DNA of 15,605 bases from Polyangiaceae bacterium (GTDB taxonomy: Bacteria; Myxococcota_A; Polyangia; Polyangiales; Polyangiaceae): NCBI GenBank assembly GCA_044222475.1, contig JBGANF010000168.1, forward strand, positions 1-15,605, in the 5' to 3' direction. The notes beneath the pieces were generated by a model that was given only the letters and a program-made list of their open reading frames with translations, was not told the DNA's origin and did not search any database. A program made the position numbers and the translations under genes. This document shows positions 1-7,029 of the stretch, piece after piece; within the stretch, counting starts at the first letter, position 1; every line of letters starts with the position of its first letter.

Positions 1-12
1 GGAGGAGAACCC

Positions 13-369
13 ATGGGCGTCATCGACGACTACATCTCGCGGTTTCCGGACCCCGTTCAGCGCATGCTCAATCAGATGCGTCGCACCATCCGCGCGGCCG
101 CGCCGGGCGCGGTCGAGACGATGAGCTACGGCATCCCGACATACGACGTGGACGGAAAGCACCTCGTCCACTTCGCGGGGTACGCGCGGCACATCGGGTT
201 CTACCCCGGCGCGCGCGTCGCCGCGGAGTTCGAGAAAGACTTCGCGCCGTACAAGACCGGCAAGGGCTCGGTGCAGTTTCCGCTCGACGAGCCCCTTCCG
301 CTCGAGCTGGTGCGCCGCATCGTGCGCTTCCGTCTCGCCCAGTCCAAGGCGAAGAAGAAAAGCGTGTAA
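13..369 (+). CDS. DUF1801 / YdhG-like protein
   Basis: GGAGGAG RBS at 1-7. Motifs IDDYI, AAAPGAVETMSYGIPTY, HFAGYARHIGFYP and KGSVQFPLDEPLP are typical of the family. Confidence 0.9.
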   Translation: MGVIDDYISRFPDPVQRMLNQMRRTIRAAAPGAVETMSYGIPTYDVDGKHLVHFAGYARHIGFYPGARVAAEFEKDFAPYKTGKGSVQFPLDEPLPLELVRRIVRFRLAQSKAKKKSV

Positions 370-410
370 CGCCCGTCGGCCTCGCACCACATGGGGTGAA
401 GGAGACCGAA

Positions 411-1136
411 ATGACGACGACCAACACGCAGACGGGGACCCGCATCGACGAGATCGACGAGGGCGTTTTCCGCATCCACACCCCACTCCGCGAGATGCCG
501 GGGGGGTTCTCGTTCAACCAGTACCTGGTCGTCGACGACGAGCCGCTTCTCTTCCACACCGGCCCCCGACGCATGTTCCCGCTGGTTCGCGAGGCCATCG
601 CAGCCGTCATGCCGGTCGATCGCCTCCGCTGGATCGCCTTTTCGCATTTCGAAGCCGACGAGTGCGGCGCTCTCAACGAGCTGCTCGCGGTGGCTCCACG
701 CGCCAAGCCGCTCTGCTCACAGATCGCCGCCCAGGTGAGCGTGAACGACGTCGCAGACCGCGAAGCCCGCGGCATGGGCGACGGCGAATCGATCACCCTC
801 GGCAAACGCACGCTGACGTGGATCGACGCTCCGCACGTCCCGCACGGGTGGGAGAACGGGTTCCTCGCCGATCGCGAACGGCAGCTGCTCTTCTGCGGCG
901 ATCTCTTCACGCAGCCCGGTGCCGATCACCAGCCCCTGACCGAAGGGGACATCCTCGGGCCGAGCGAGGCTTTCCGATCGAAGATGGACTACTACTCGCA
1001 CACGAAGCACGTTCGCCGGGTCGTCGAGAAGCTCGCGGACACGAAGCCGCGAACGCTCGCCTGCATGCACGGGGCCGCGTGGCGCGGCGACGGCGCGAAG
1101 CTCCTGCGCGCGCTCGCGGGCGCCCTCGACGGGTGA
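411..1136 (+). CDS. MBL-fold metallo-protein (flavodiiron/ODP-like beta-lactamase domain, no flavodoxin domain)
   Basis: AAGGAG RBS before ATG 411. Motifs FNQYLV, HTG, SHFEADECG, APHVPHGWE, LFCGDLF and ACMHG. Confidence 0.85.
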   Translation: MTTTNTQTGTRIDEIDEGVFRIHTPLREMPGGFSFNQYLVVDDEPLLFHTGPRRMFPLVREAIAAVMPVDRLRWIAFSHFEADECGALNELLAVAPRAKPLCSQIAAQVSVNDVADREARGMGDGESITLGKRTLTWIDAPHVPHGWENGFLADRERQLLFCGDLFTQPGADHQPLTEGDILGPSEAFRSKMDYYSHTKHVRRVVEKLADTKPRTLACMHGAAWRGDGAKLLRALAGALDG

Positions 1137-1156
1137 ACGTGCGATGATGCACGTCG

Positions 1157-1720
1157 ATGGACGGGCAGCACGACGACCCGATCGAGGACGAAGCGCTCGC
1201 GGATCGGATTGCGCGCGGCCACGACGAAGCGGCCGAGATCGCGCTGTGTCGCCGGCTCCTCCCGCGGATTCGCGCGTACGGGCTTCGCCACCTCCGCGAC
1301 GACGCGGCGGCGTCCGATCTGGCGCAACACGTCGTGGTCGTCGTCCTCGAAGCGCTCCGCGAAGGTCGCGTCGACGACCGCGGCCGGCTCGGAGCGTTCG
1401 TCATGGGCGCGTGCAGAAACACCGTTCTCGACTGGAGGAAGGGCGAGCGCCGTCGCCGCGCGCTCCTGGAGAAATTCGGACCATCGCTCGATTTTTCGGT
1501 GGAGCTCGCTCCGGTGGGGCTCGAGCGCGCGAGGCTCGAGCATTGCCTCCACGAGCTCGCTCCGCGCGAACGTACCATTTTGGTACTGACCTATTTCCGT
1601 GAGCAGGCCCCAGAGGAGATCGCGGCGGAGCTCACGATGTCTCTCGGGAGCGTTCGCGTCGCGCGCCATCGCGCGCTCGGTCATCTCCACGAGTGCATCA
1701 CCCGAGGGGAGCACGGATGA
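1157..1720 (+). CDS. ECF (sigma-70 group 4) RNA polymerase sigma factor
   Basis: Region 2 motifs (AASDLAQHV, ACRNTVLDWRK) and region 4 HTH (LAPRERTILVLTYF, EEIAAELTMSLGSVRVARHRAL). Confidence 0.9.
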   Translation: MDGQHDDPIEDEALADRIARGHDEAAEIALCRRLLPRIRAYGLRHLRDDAAASDLAQHVVVVVLEALREGRVDDRGRLGAFVMGACRNTVLDWRKGERRRRALLEKFGPSLDFSVELAPVGLERARLEHCLHELAPRERTILVLTYFREQAPEEIAAELTMSLGSVRVARHRALGHLHECITRGEHG

Positions 1721-2262
1721 TCGACCTGGAACGACTCCTCATGCTCGCTCGCGACGAGCTGACCGAAGATGACGCAGCGGCGGTCGAAGAGCACGTCCTC
1801 GAGTGCGGCGTTTGCGCGTCCACGCTCGAGGTCCTCCTTCGCCTAGCGCCGTCGATGCGCGACGTCGTCCGGTCGGGTGGCGCGAGCTTTCCAGTGACAC
1901 CCGCGCTCACCGAGGAGCTCCGCGCGCAAGGATTGATCTCGCGGACGTACGTTCTTGCGCCCGAGCGCGTCGTCCCGTGCACGGTGACGGCGGCCGACGT
2001 CTACACGTTGACGACGCTCGAAGCCGACCTTACCGGGGTCGAACGCGTCGATCTGGTGCTCACCTTGCCGATGGGCCCCGTCCGCATGGACGACGTACCG
2101 TTCGACCGCGCGAGCGGAGCGGTGAGCTACGTGACCGAGGGGAGTCGGCTGCGGACGCTGCCGAGCGGTCGCATCACGATCGACCTCGTGTCGAAGGAAG
2201 GCTCGGCGGAGCGCAACATCGGTCGTTATCTGCTCGAGCACACGGCGTTCGCGGGTGCGTGA
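1717..2262 (+). CDS. zinc-binding anti-sigma factor (zf-HC2/ZAS) with soluble C-terminal domain
   Basis: ATGA overlap with the sigma gene stop. HxxxCxxC motif (HVLECGVC) near the N-terminus. Confidence 0.8.
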   Translation: MIDLERLLMLARDELTEDDAAAVEEHVLECGVCASTLEVLLRLAPSMRDVVRSGGASFPVTPALTEELRAQGLISRTYVLAPERVVPCTVTAADVYTLTTLEADLTGVERVDLVLTLPMGPVRMDDVPFDRASGAVSYVTEGSRLRTLPSGRITIDLVSKEGSAERNIGRYLLEHTAFAGA

Positions 2263-2272
2263 CCGCCATCGA

Positions 2273-2554
2273 GTGGCGCGACACAGAGGATTCGAACCTC
2301 TGACCTACGGCTCCGGAGAGCGGCTTTTTGCAGCTGAAAACGCGGATTGCTCGAACGAAGCGCAATCCTCACTGAACGATTGCGCCGTCGAGCGTGGTGC
2401 GGCGTTCAGTGCGAGCGGTGTGGATTCGTCCACGGGCGAAGACGTTTACGGCGGGTGCCTGATTCCCCGTCATCCCAACATGGGACGCCGAGACATGGCT
2501 CTGGCGATGGCCCGTGCGGCCGCTCTGCGCCTCGCGGACGCGTTTGCCGGCTGA
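2273..2554 (+). pseudogene. possible orphan C-terminal segment of the element's integrase (attP inside int)
   Basis: Open frame runs antisense through the tRNA fragment (VARHRGFEPLTYGSG) and continues to TGA at 2554. No convincing RBS. Inference only. Confidence 0.35.
2274..2318 (-). tRNA. 3' half of tRNA-Arg(CCG); att-site duplication, not an intact tRNA
   Basis: Minus strand reads CTCCGGA (anticodon loop, CCG)-GCCGT-AGGTC-AGAGG TTCGAAT CCTCT (T arm)-GTGTCGC-G-CCA. The upstream sequence cannot form the 5' anticodon stem, D arm or 5' acceptor strand. Confidence 0.9.
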
Positions 2555-2626
2555 GGCGTCGCCCTCGTGGCCTGACCTCGCGTCGGGCTTCGTAGGCGGC
2601 ACCTGAGCCGCGGAAGGAACACGACC

Positions 2627-2896
2627 ATGAGCACCATCGATCCGAACGCAGAGATCCAAGCCCACATCACCGAGCTCGCGCGCCGGCACGTCACCGCTGC
2701 TGCCGTCCTGCGACTCATCATCACGCGACTCGAGGAACGCGAGCACGAAGGGCTTACCGCTCGCTGCCTCGACGTCGCCGAAGAGCTCGCCGCGCTCGAG
2801 GGCGTGCTCTTCATGCTCGACGCCGCCGACTTCGCGCCGTTGCGCGACGTGGTGCGCGAGCTCGTCGCCGGCAAGCCTGTCGAGGCGCGCCAGTGA
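2627..2896 (+). CDS. hypothetical helical protein
   Basis: GGAAGGA RBS before the ATG. GTGA overlap with the next ORF. Confidence 0.65.
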   Translation: MSTIDPNAEIQAHITELARRHVTAAAVLRLIITRLEEREHEGLTARCLDVAEELAALEGVLFMLDAADFAPLRDVVRELVAGKPVEARQ

Positions 2897-3504
2897 ATCA
2901 CCGCGCGCGGCGCACACGACGACGACGGGGAAGCGGTAGACTTCTCGTGGTGAAGGGCCGCACCCGACCCCGGTCGTCCGATCCTACCGTGGACGCCATG
3001 CGCGTCTCGTGGCGCGCGTTCGGGCGCGCGCTGCGAGGCGATCCCCGCGACGAGTCCGTCAAGGTCATCCTCGAAGCGCTGGCGCATTGCCTTATTGGTC
3101 CGGGGGACCTTGGACGGCTGGCGAGCGAGGCGCGCAAAGTCATCGGCGAAGGCAAGCGCGACCCGTTGCGCCATGTGTCAGCGCTCATCAGCTTCGCCCG
3201 CTTGTGGAGGCGACCGCTCCCCGGCGATCCCGCGAACGACGCACCGCGCACCACGTTCGTTCGCTTCGCCGTCCGCATCGTTCGGGAAGGCTCACTCCTC
3301 CGCGGCGACGTCACGATCGCCGAGATGAGGCGCGCGCTGCGCCCGATGCTCGACAAGCTCGTCACCCTCGGCGACCGAGACGAGGAGCACTTCGCTCGCG
3401 CCGTACTTGTCGCCGCGGGGTGGACTGCGAAAGCGGCGACGAACAAGATCGCTTCCGCCGTCGGCCACGTCGACCGCCAAGCACAGAGCCGCGCGAAGCG
3501 ATGA
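2893..3504 (+). CDS. hypothetical basic protein (start uncertain)
   Basis: GTGA coupling to the previous ORF. Fills the gap in the operon. No recognised motif. Confidence 0.5.
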   Translation: MNHRARRTRRRRGSGRLLVVKGRTRPRSSDPTVDAMRVSWRAFGRALRGDPRDESVKVILEALAHCLIGPGDLGRLASEARKVIGEGKRDPLRHVSALISFARLWRRPLPGDPANDAPRTTFVRFAVRIVREGSLLRGDVTIAEMRRALRPMLDKLVTLGDRDEEHFARAVLVAAGWTAKAATNKIASAVGHVDRQAQSRAKR

Positions 3505-3510
3505 CGTAGC

Positions 3511-3530
3511 TGCGAATCTTCCGTTTCGCA
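3511..3530. promoter_or_regulatory. palindromic operator candidate TGCGAA-N8-TTCGCA
   Basis: Inverted repeat in the intergenic gap before the small HTH gene at 3575. Confidence 0.35.
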
Positions 3531-3574
3531 TCCTTTTCGGCGCGGCGTGCGGCCGGGGCTAGACCGGATGCACC

Positions 3575-3775
3575 ATGCAACACGCCGCATCCCTCACGGA
3601 CGATCCCACGCGAGTCGAGATCCGCCGACGCATCGCCGCCACCTCCGTCGCGAAGGTGGCGAGCGAGCTCGGGCTCTCTCGTCACGCGGTACTGACTCTC
3701 GCGACGCCGGGCGCCAACCCACGGGCCGGCACCGTCGCGATCGCCCGCGAACGCCTCGCGGCCAAGGCCGCCTGA
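3575..3775 (+). CDS. small Cro-like HTH DNA-binding protein
   Basis: 66 aa with HTH-like SVAKVASELGLSRHAVLTL. Regulatory position within the element. Confidence 0.65.
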   Translation: MQHAASLTDDPTRVEIRRRIAATSVAKVASELGLSRHAVLTLATPGANPRAGTVAIARERLAAKAA

Positions 3776-3784
3776 CCCACCACC

Positions 3785-3840
3785 GGGCGCGGGTGCTCGC
3801 ACAAAACGCGAGCGCCCCGGATCGCAACTCCGAGGCGCCC
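3785..3840 (+). promoter_or_regulatory. structured leader with mutually exclusive hairpins
   Basis: GGGTGCTCGC (3791-3800) pairs with GCGAGCGCCC (3808-3817). Alternatively GCGCCCCGGA-TCGCAAC-TCCGAGGCGC (3812-3838). The RBS follows directly at 3841-3846. Confidence 0.5.
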
Positions 3841-3855
3841 AAAGGACCACGACAA

Positions 3856-4221
3856 GTGCAATCTACACCCAATCCCCTCGCCGCGCTACTCGCCGAAGCC
3901 ATCGCCATCGCGGCTCGCGATCCTGCAGTCGTCGCCGCGGTGCGCGCGCTCGTCGCCCCCGCGGCTGAACCTGAACCGACGCGCGCCAATCGTCCGCAAC
4001 TCGCCGCGATCCTCGGCGTGTCGGTCACCACGATCCAGCGCTTCGACGGCGAGGGCATGCCGTCGACGAAGATCGGCAAGCGTCTCGTGTACGACGTCGC
4101 CGCGTGTCGCGCGTGGCTACGAGAACGCCCTGCTGGACCGCCGAAGCGTGCACCGAAGCGCGAGGCCCCCGTGGACCTCTCGGGTGTGCGCGGGCTCCGC
4201 GCCGTCGGGGGCGGACGATGA
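3856..4221 (+). CDS. winged-HTH protein resembling the lambda gpNu1 (TerS) DNA-binding domain / Xis-like
   Basis: AAAGGA RBS and GTG start. NRPQLAAILGVSVTTIQRFDGEGMP...YDVAACRAWLRER parallels gpNu1 NKKQLADIFGASIRTIQNWQEQGMP...YDSAAVIKWYAER (recalled sequence). Confidence 0.75.
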   Translation: MQSTPNPLAALLAEAIAIAARDPAVVAAVRALVAPAAEPEPTRANRPQLAAILGVSVTTIQRFDGEGMPSTKIGKRLVYDVAACRAWLRERPAGPPKRAPKREAPVDLSGVRGLRAVGGGR

Positions 4222-4550
4222 GCAACGGCTCTCTCAGGCGTCGGTCAACGCCCGAACCTCTCGCGATTGCCGCGGACGAGGGCGACGGTTCGCCCAAGCA
4301 ACGTGGACGAAAGGGCCGCAAGCCGCCGCATGTGGGCCAGCGGCACTTCCGCCTCGAGGCCGTCGCGCCGGTCGGGATGGTCGACGGAAATCTCGTGTGG
4401 ACCTGGCGGTGCGACTGCGGCGCGGTGTTCGACGCTCGCGTCAGCAATGTTCGAGAGTGGGCGCTCGGCAACTGGGCGAGCTGTCGCGATTGCTACGCCG
4501 CCGCCGGCGGTGCCGACGTTGTGTATTTCGCGCGGAGAGCCGCATCGTGA
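4218..4550 (+). CDS. small Cys-motif phage protein
   Basis: ATGA overlap upstream and GTGA overlap downstream. Motif GQRHFRL...WRCDCG...SCRDC. Confidence 0.65.
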   Translation: MSNGSLRRRSTPEPLAIAADEGDGSPKQRGRKGRKPPHVGQRHFRLEAVAPVGMVDGNLVWTWRCDCGAVFDARVSNVREWALGNWASCRDCYAAAGGADVVYFARRAAS

Positions 4551-5437
4551 GCGTCCGCGACTACGCGATCCGCGCCGCGGCGAAGCTGGGCCCCGTGTTC
4601 CCCCTCGCGCCGAAGAGCAAAGACCCGTTCGGCAAGCTCGTACCCAACGGCGTGAAGAACGCGACCCGCGATCCGAGCGTGATCCGCGAGTGGTTCCGGC
4701 CGCACTCGTCGCTCAACCTCGCGCTTGCGCTGGGTGACGGGCTGCTCGCGCTCGACGTCGATCCGCGCAACGGCGGGGACGAGACGTTGGGCCGGATCGA
4801 GCGCGAGCACTTCGCGCTCCCGCACACCGTTCGCCAGAACACCGGACGACGCGACGGAGGGGCGCACTACCTGTTCCGCCACGATCCCGCCGTGCGGCTC
4901 AAGAACGGGCCGATTGCCGAGGGCGTCGACGTGAAGACGGCCGGCGGCTACATCGTGATCGCTCCGTCGATTCACCCGGACACCGGAAAGACTTATGAGT
5001 GGGACCTGGGCGCGCTGCCGAGCGAGACGCCGATCGCCGAGGCGCCCGCGTGGCTGCTCGACCTGGCGCGCGATCGTCGTCGCGCCGTTGGATCCTCCAC
5101 GCCGGTCGGCCCGGTCGCTGATTCATTCCTGGCGTTCGTCTTCACCCAGGCGAAGCTCACCGGAGAGACTCGCGACGATCGGATCTTCGTCGCGTGCCCC
5201 TGGGCTGACTTTCACACCGACGGCAGGGGCAACGGCTCCGATTCGTCGACCGTGCTTCTCGCGCCGACGTCGGAAACCAAGCTGGGCGCGTTTCACTGCT
5301 CGCACTCGCACTGCAGCCGGCGATCGATCGTCGATCTTCTCGACGTGCTCCCGGCCGATGCCATCCGCGAAGGTCTGAAGAAGTACCCGTTTGCTGCGCA
5401 TGCCATCCGACGCGCAGCAAGCCGAGGGTCGTCATGA
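4547..5437 (+). CDS. bifunctional DNA primase/polymerase (Prim-Pol, AEP) with C-terminal Zn-binding motif
   Basis: Motifs VFPL, NGVKNATRD..I..W, LALDVDPRNGG, TGRRDGGAHYLF, GVDVKTAGGYIVIAPSIHP and APAWL. C-terminal CPWADFH...FHCSHSHC. Confidence 0.9.
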   Translation: MSVRDYAIRAAAKLGPVFPLAPKSKDPFGKLVPNGVKNATRDPSVIREWFRPHSSLNLALALGDGLLALDVDPRNGGDETLGRIEREHFALPHTVRQNTGRRDGGAHYLFRHDPAVRLKNGPIAEGVDVKTAGGYIVIAPSIHPDTGKTYEWDLGALPSETPIAEAPAWLLDLARDRRRAVGSSTPVGPVADSFLAFVFTQAKLTGETRDDRIFVACPWADFHTDGRGNGSDSSTVLLAPTSETKLGAFHCSHSHCSRRSIVDLLDVLPADAIREGLKKYPFAAHAIRRAASRGSS

Positions 5438-7029
5438 GCGGCGGAATCACTCACCCGACGTCCGACCTCGGGAACGCGGAGCGCCTAGTGCGTGACCATG
5501 GAGACGAGCTTCGATACGTCCCAACTTGGGATACGTGGCTCGCGTGGACGGGAACCCACTGGGTAGCCGACGACCTCGGAGCCGCGATGCGCGCGGCGAA
5601 GTGTTCCGCCAAGCGCATGCTCGAAGAGGCGACGGTAGAGGCGAGCGCCGCAAACAAGCTCCTCGCGGTCGCCCCCGAAGATCCAAGCGCGCTCGCCGCG
5701 AAGGCCGCAGCCGAGGCGAAGCTCCGGTGGGCGATCCGATCGCAAGGCGCGCGCATGCTGGAAAACGCGGTCAAGCTCGCCGCGTCCGACGAGACGATCG
5801 CCGTTGCCCATGCGCAGCTCGACGCCGACCCGTGGGCGCTGAACTGCTCGAACGGGACGATCGACCTCCGCACCGGCGACCTCCGCGCGCATCGGCGAGG
5901 CGACTTGATCACGAGACTTGCGCCGGTCGCCTACGACGCCAAGGCGACGTGCCCAACCTGGGACGCGTTCGTCGAGCGCGCGATGGGCGGTGACCTCGAG
6001 CTCGTCGCGTACCTTCGCCGCATCGTCGGCTACGCCCTAACCGGCTCGACGCGGGAGCACGTCCTCGCGTTCTTCTTCGGCGGAGGCGCGAACGGCAAAA
6101 GCACGTTCACCGGCATCATTCAACGGCTGCTCGGAGACTACGCCGGGCCAGCGGCGCGAGGGCTTCTCTTCCGGTCGCGAGGCGATCGTCACCCCACGGA
6201 GCTCGCGGCACTGCACGGAAAGCGATTCGTCGTCTGCGCGGAGATCGACTCTGGCGCGAGCTTCGACGAAGCGCTCGTGAAGGATCTCACCGGTGGCGAC
6301 GTCATCAGCGCGCGGCGCATGCGTGAGGACTTCTGGAGCTTCGCTCCGACGCACAAGCTGTTCATCAACGGAAACCACAAGCCGACCGTGCGCGGCGACG
6401 ACGATGGGATCTGGCGACGGCTGCGGCTCGTTCCGTTCACCGTCACGATTCCCGCGGAGGAGCGCGACAAGCTGCTCCCCGACAAGCTCGCCGCCGAGCT
6501 TCCGGGGATCCTCGCCTGGGCCGTCCGCGGCGCGCTCGAATGGCAGCGCGACGGACTCGGAGATCCCCCGGCCGTCGTGAGCGCGACGAGCAACTACCGG
6601 GAGGAGTCCGACACGCTCGGTCAATTCTTCGACGACGCTCTCGTGTTCGAAGCCGAGGGGAAGATCGCGCGCGCCGAGCTCCAACGCGTCTACGCGACGT
6701 GGTGCACCGAAGGCGGCTACGACCATCCGGCCGGCCCGAAGAAGGTTGCCGAGCGACTCCGCGGCAACGGCGCCAAGGAAACCAGCCTCAGGGTCAACGG
6801 CGTTCCAAGCCGCGCCTGGGCCGGCGTCCGCCTGGCAACCGCGGGTGACCTCGCGCGTCGGAAGCTGGGCGTAGTCAGTAGTCACTTGTCGACGCAATTT
6901 CCAGTTAGCGGCCCGTACGCGCGCGCGGGAGACACTAACCCCAAACCACTGTCTACAAGTGGCTACGTGACTACGGAGTTTGACGACGGGTCGATCGAGG
7001 CACTGCTCGAAGACGGGACGGGGCAATAG
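5434..7029 (+). CDS. phage/plasmid P4-family (D5-like) SF3 helicase
   Basis: D5_N region (SDLGNAERL, WTGTHW, LNCSNGTIDLRTG), Walker A GGGANGKST, Walker B FVVCAE, KDLTGGD, NGNHKP, GIWRRL. Confidence 0.93.
   Translation: MSGGITHPTSDLGNAERLVRDHGDELRYVPTWDTWLAWTGTHWVADDLGAAMRAAKCSAKRMLEEATVEASAANKLLAVAPEDPSALAAKAAAEAKLRWAIRSQGARMLENAVKLAASDETIAVAHAQLDADPWALNCSNGTIDLRTGDLRAHRRGDLITRLAPVAYDAKATCPTWDAFVERAMGGDLELVAYLRRIVGYALTGSTREHVLAFFFGGGANGKSTFTGIIQRLLGDYAGPAARGLLFRSRGDRHPTELAALHGKRFVVCAEIDSGASFDEALVKDLTGGDVISARRMREDFWSFAPTHKLFINGNHKPTVRGDDDGIWRRLRLVPFTVTIPAEERDKLLPDKLAAELPGILAWAVRGALEWQRDGLGDPPAVVSATSNYREESDTLGQFFDDALVFEAEGKIARAELQRVYATWCTEGGYDHPAGPKKVAERLRGNGAKETSLRVNGVPSRAWAGVRLATAGDLARRKLGVVSSHLSTQFPVSGPYARAGDTNPKPLSTSGYVTTEFDDGSIEALLEDGTGQ
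6870..6975. repeat. imperfect ~24-bp inverted repeats built of GTAGNC iterons; candidate replication origin
   Basis: CGTAGTCAGTAGTCACTTGTCGAC (6870-6893) against GTCTACAAGTGGCTACGTGACTACG (6951-6975). Inner pairs GTTAG/CTAAC and CCCG/CGGG. Confidence 0.7.

Noticed and set aside
13..2262. Left-hand genes as element cargo
   Set aside because: They lie outside the att fragment and are common chromosomal families.
2274..2350. Intact tRNA-Arg gene
   Set aside because: The 5' acceptor strand, D arm and 5' anticodon stem cannot be formed; only the 3' half is present.
3547..4546. Long N-terminal extensions of ORFs 3547-4221, 4104-4550 and 4148-5437
   Set aside because: They overlap better-supported genes. 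RBS and stop/start overlaps support starts at 3856, 4218 and 4547.
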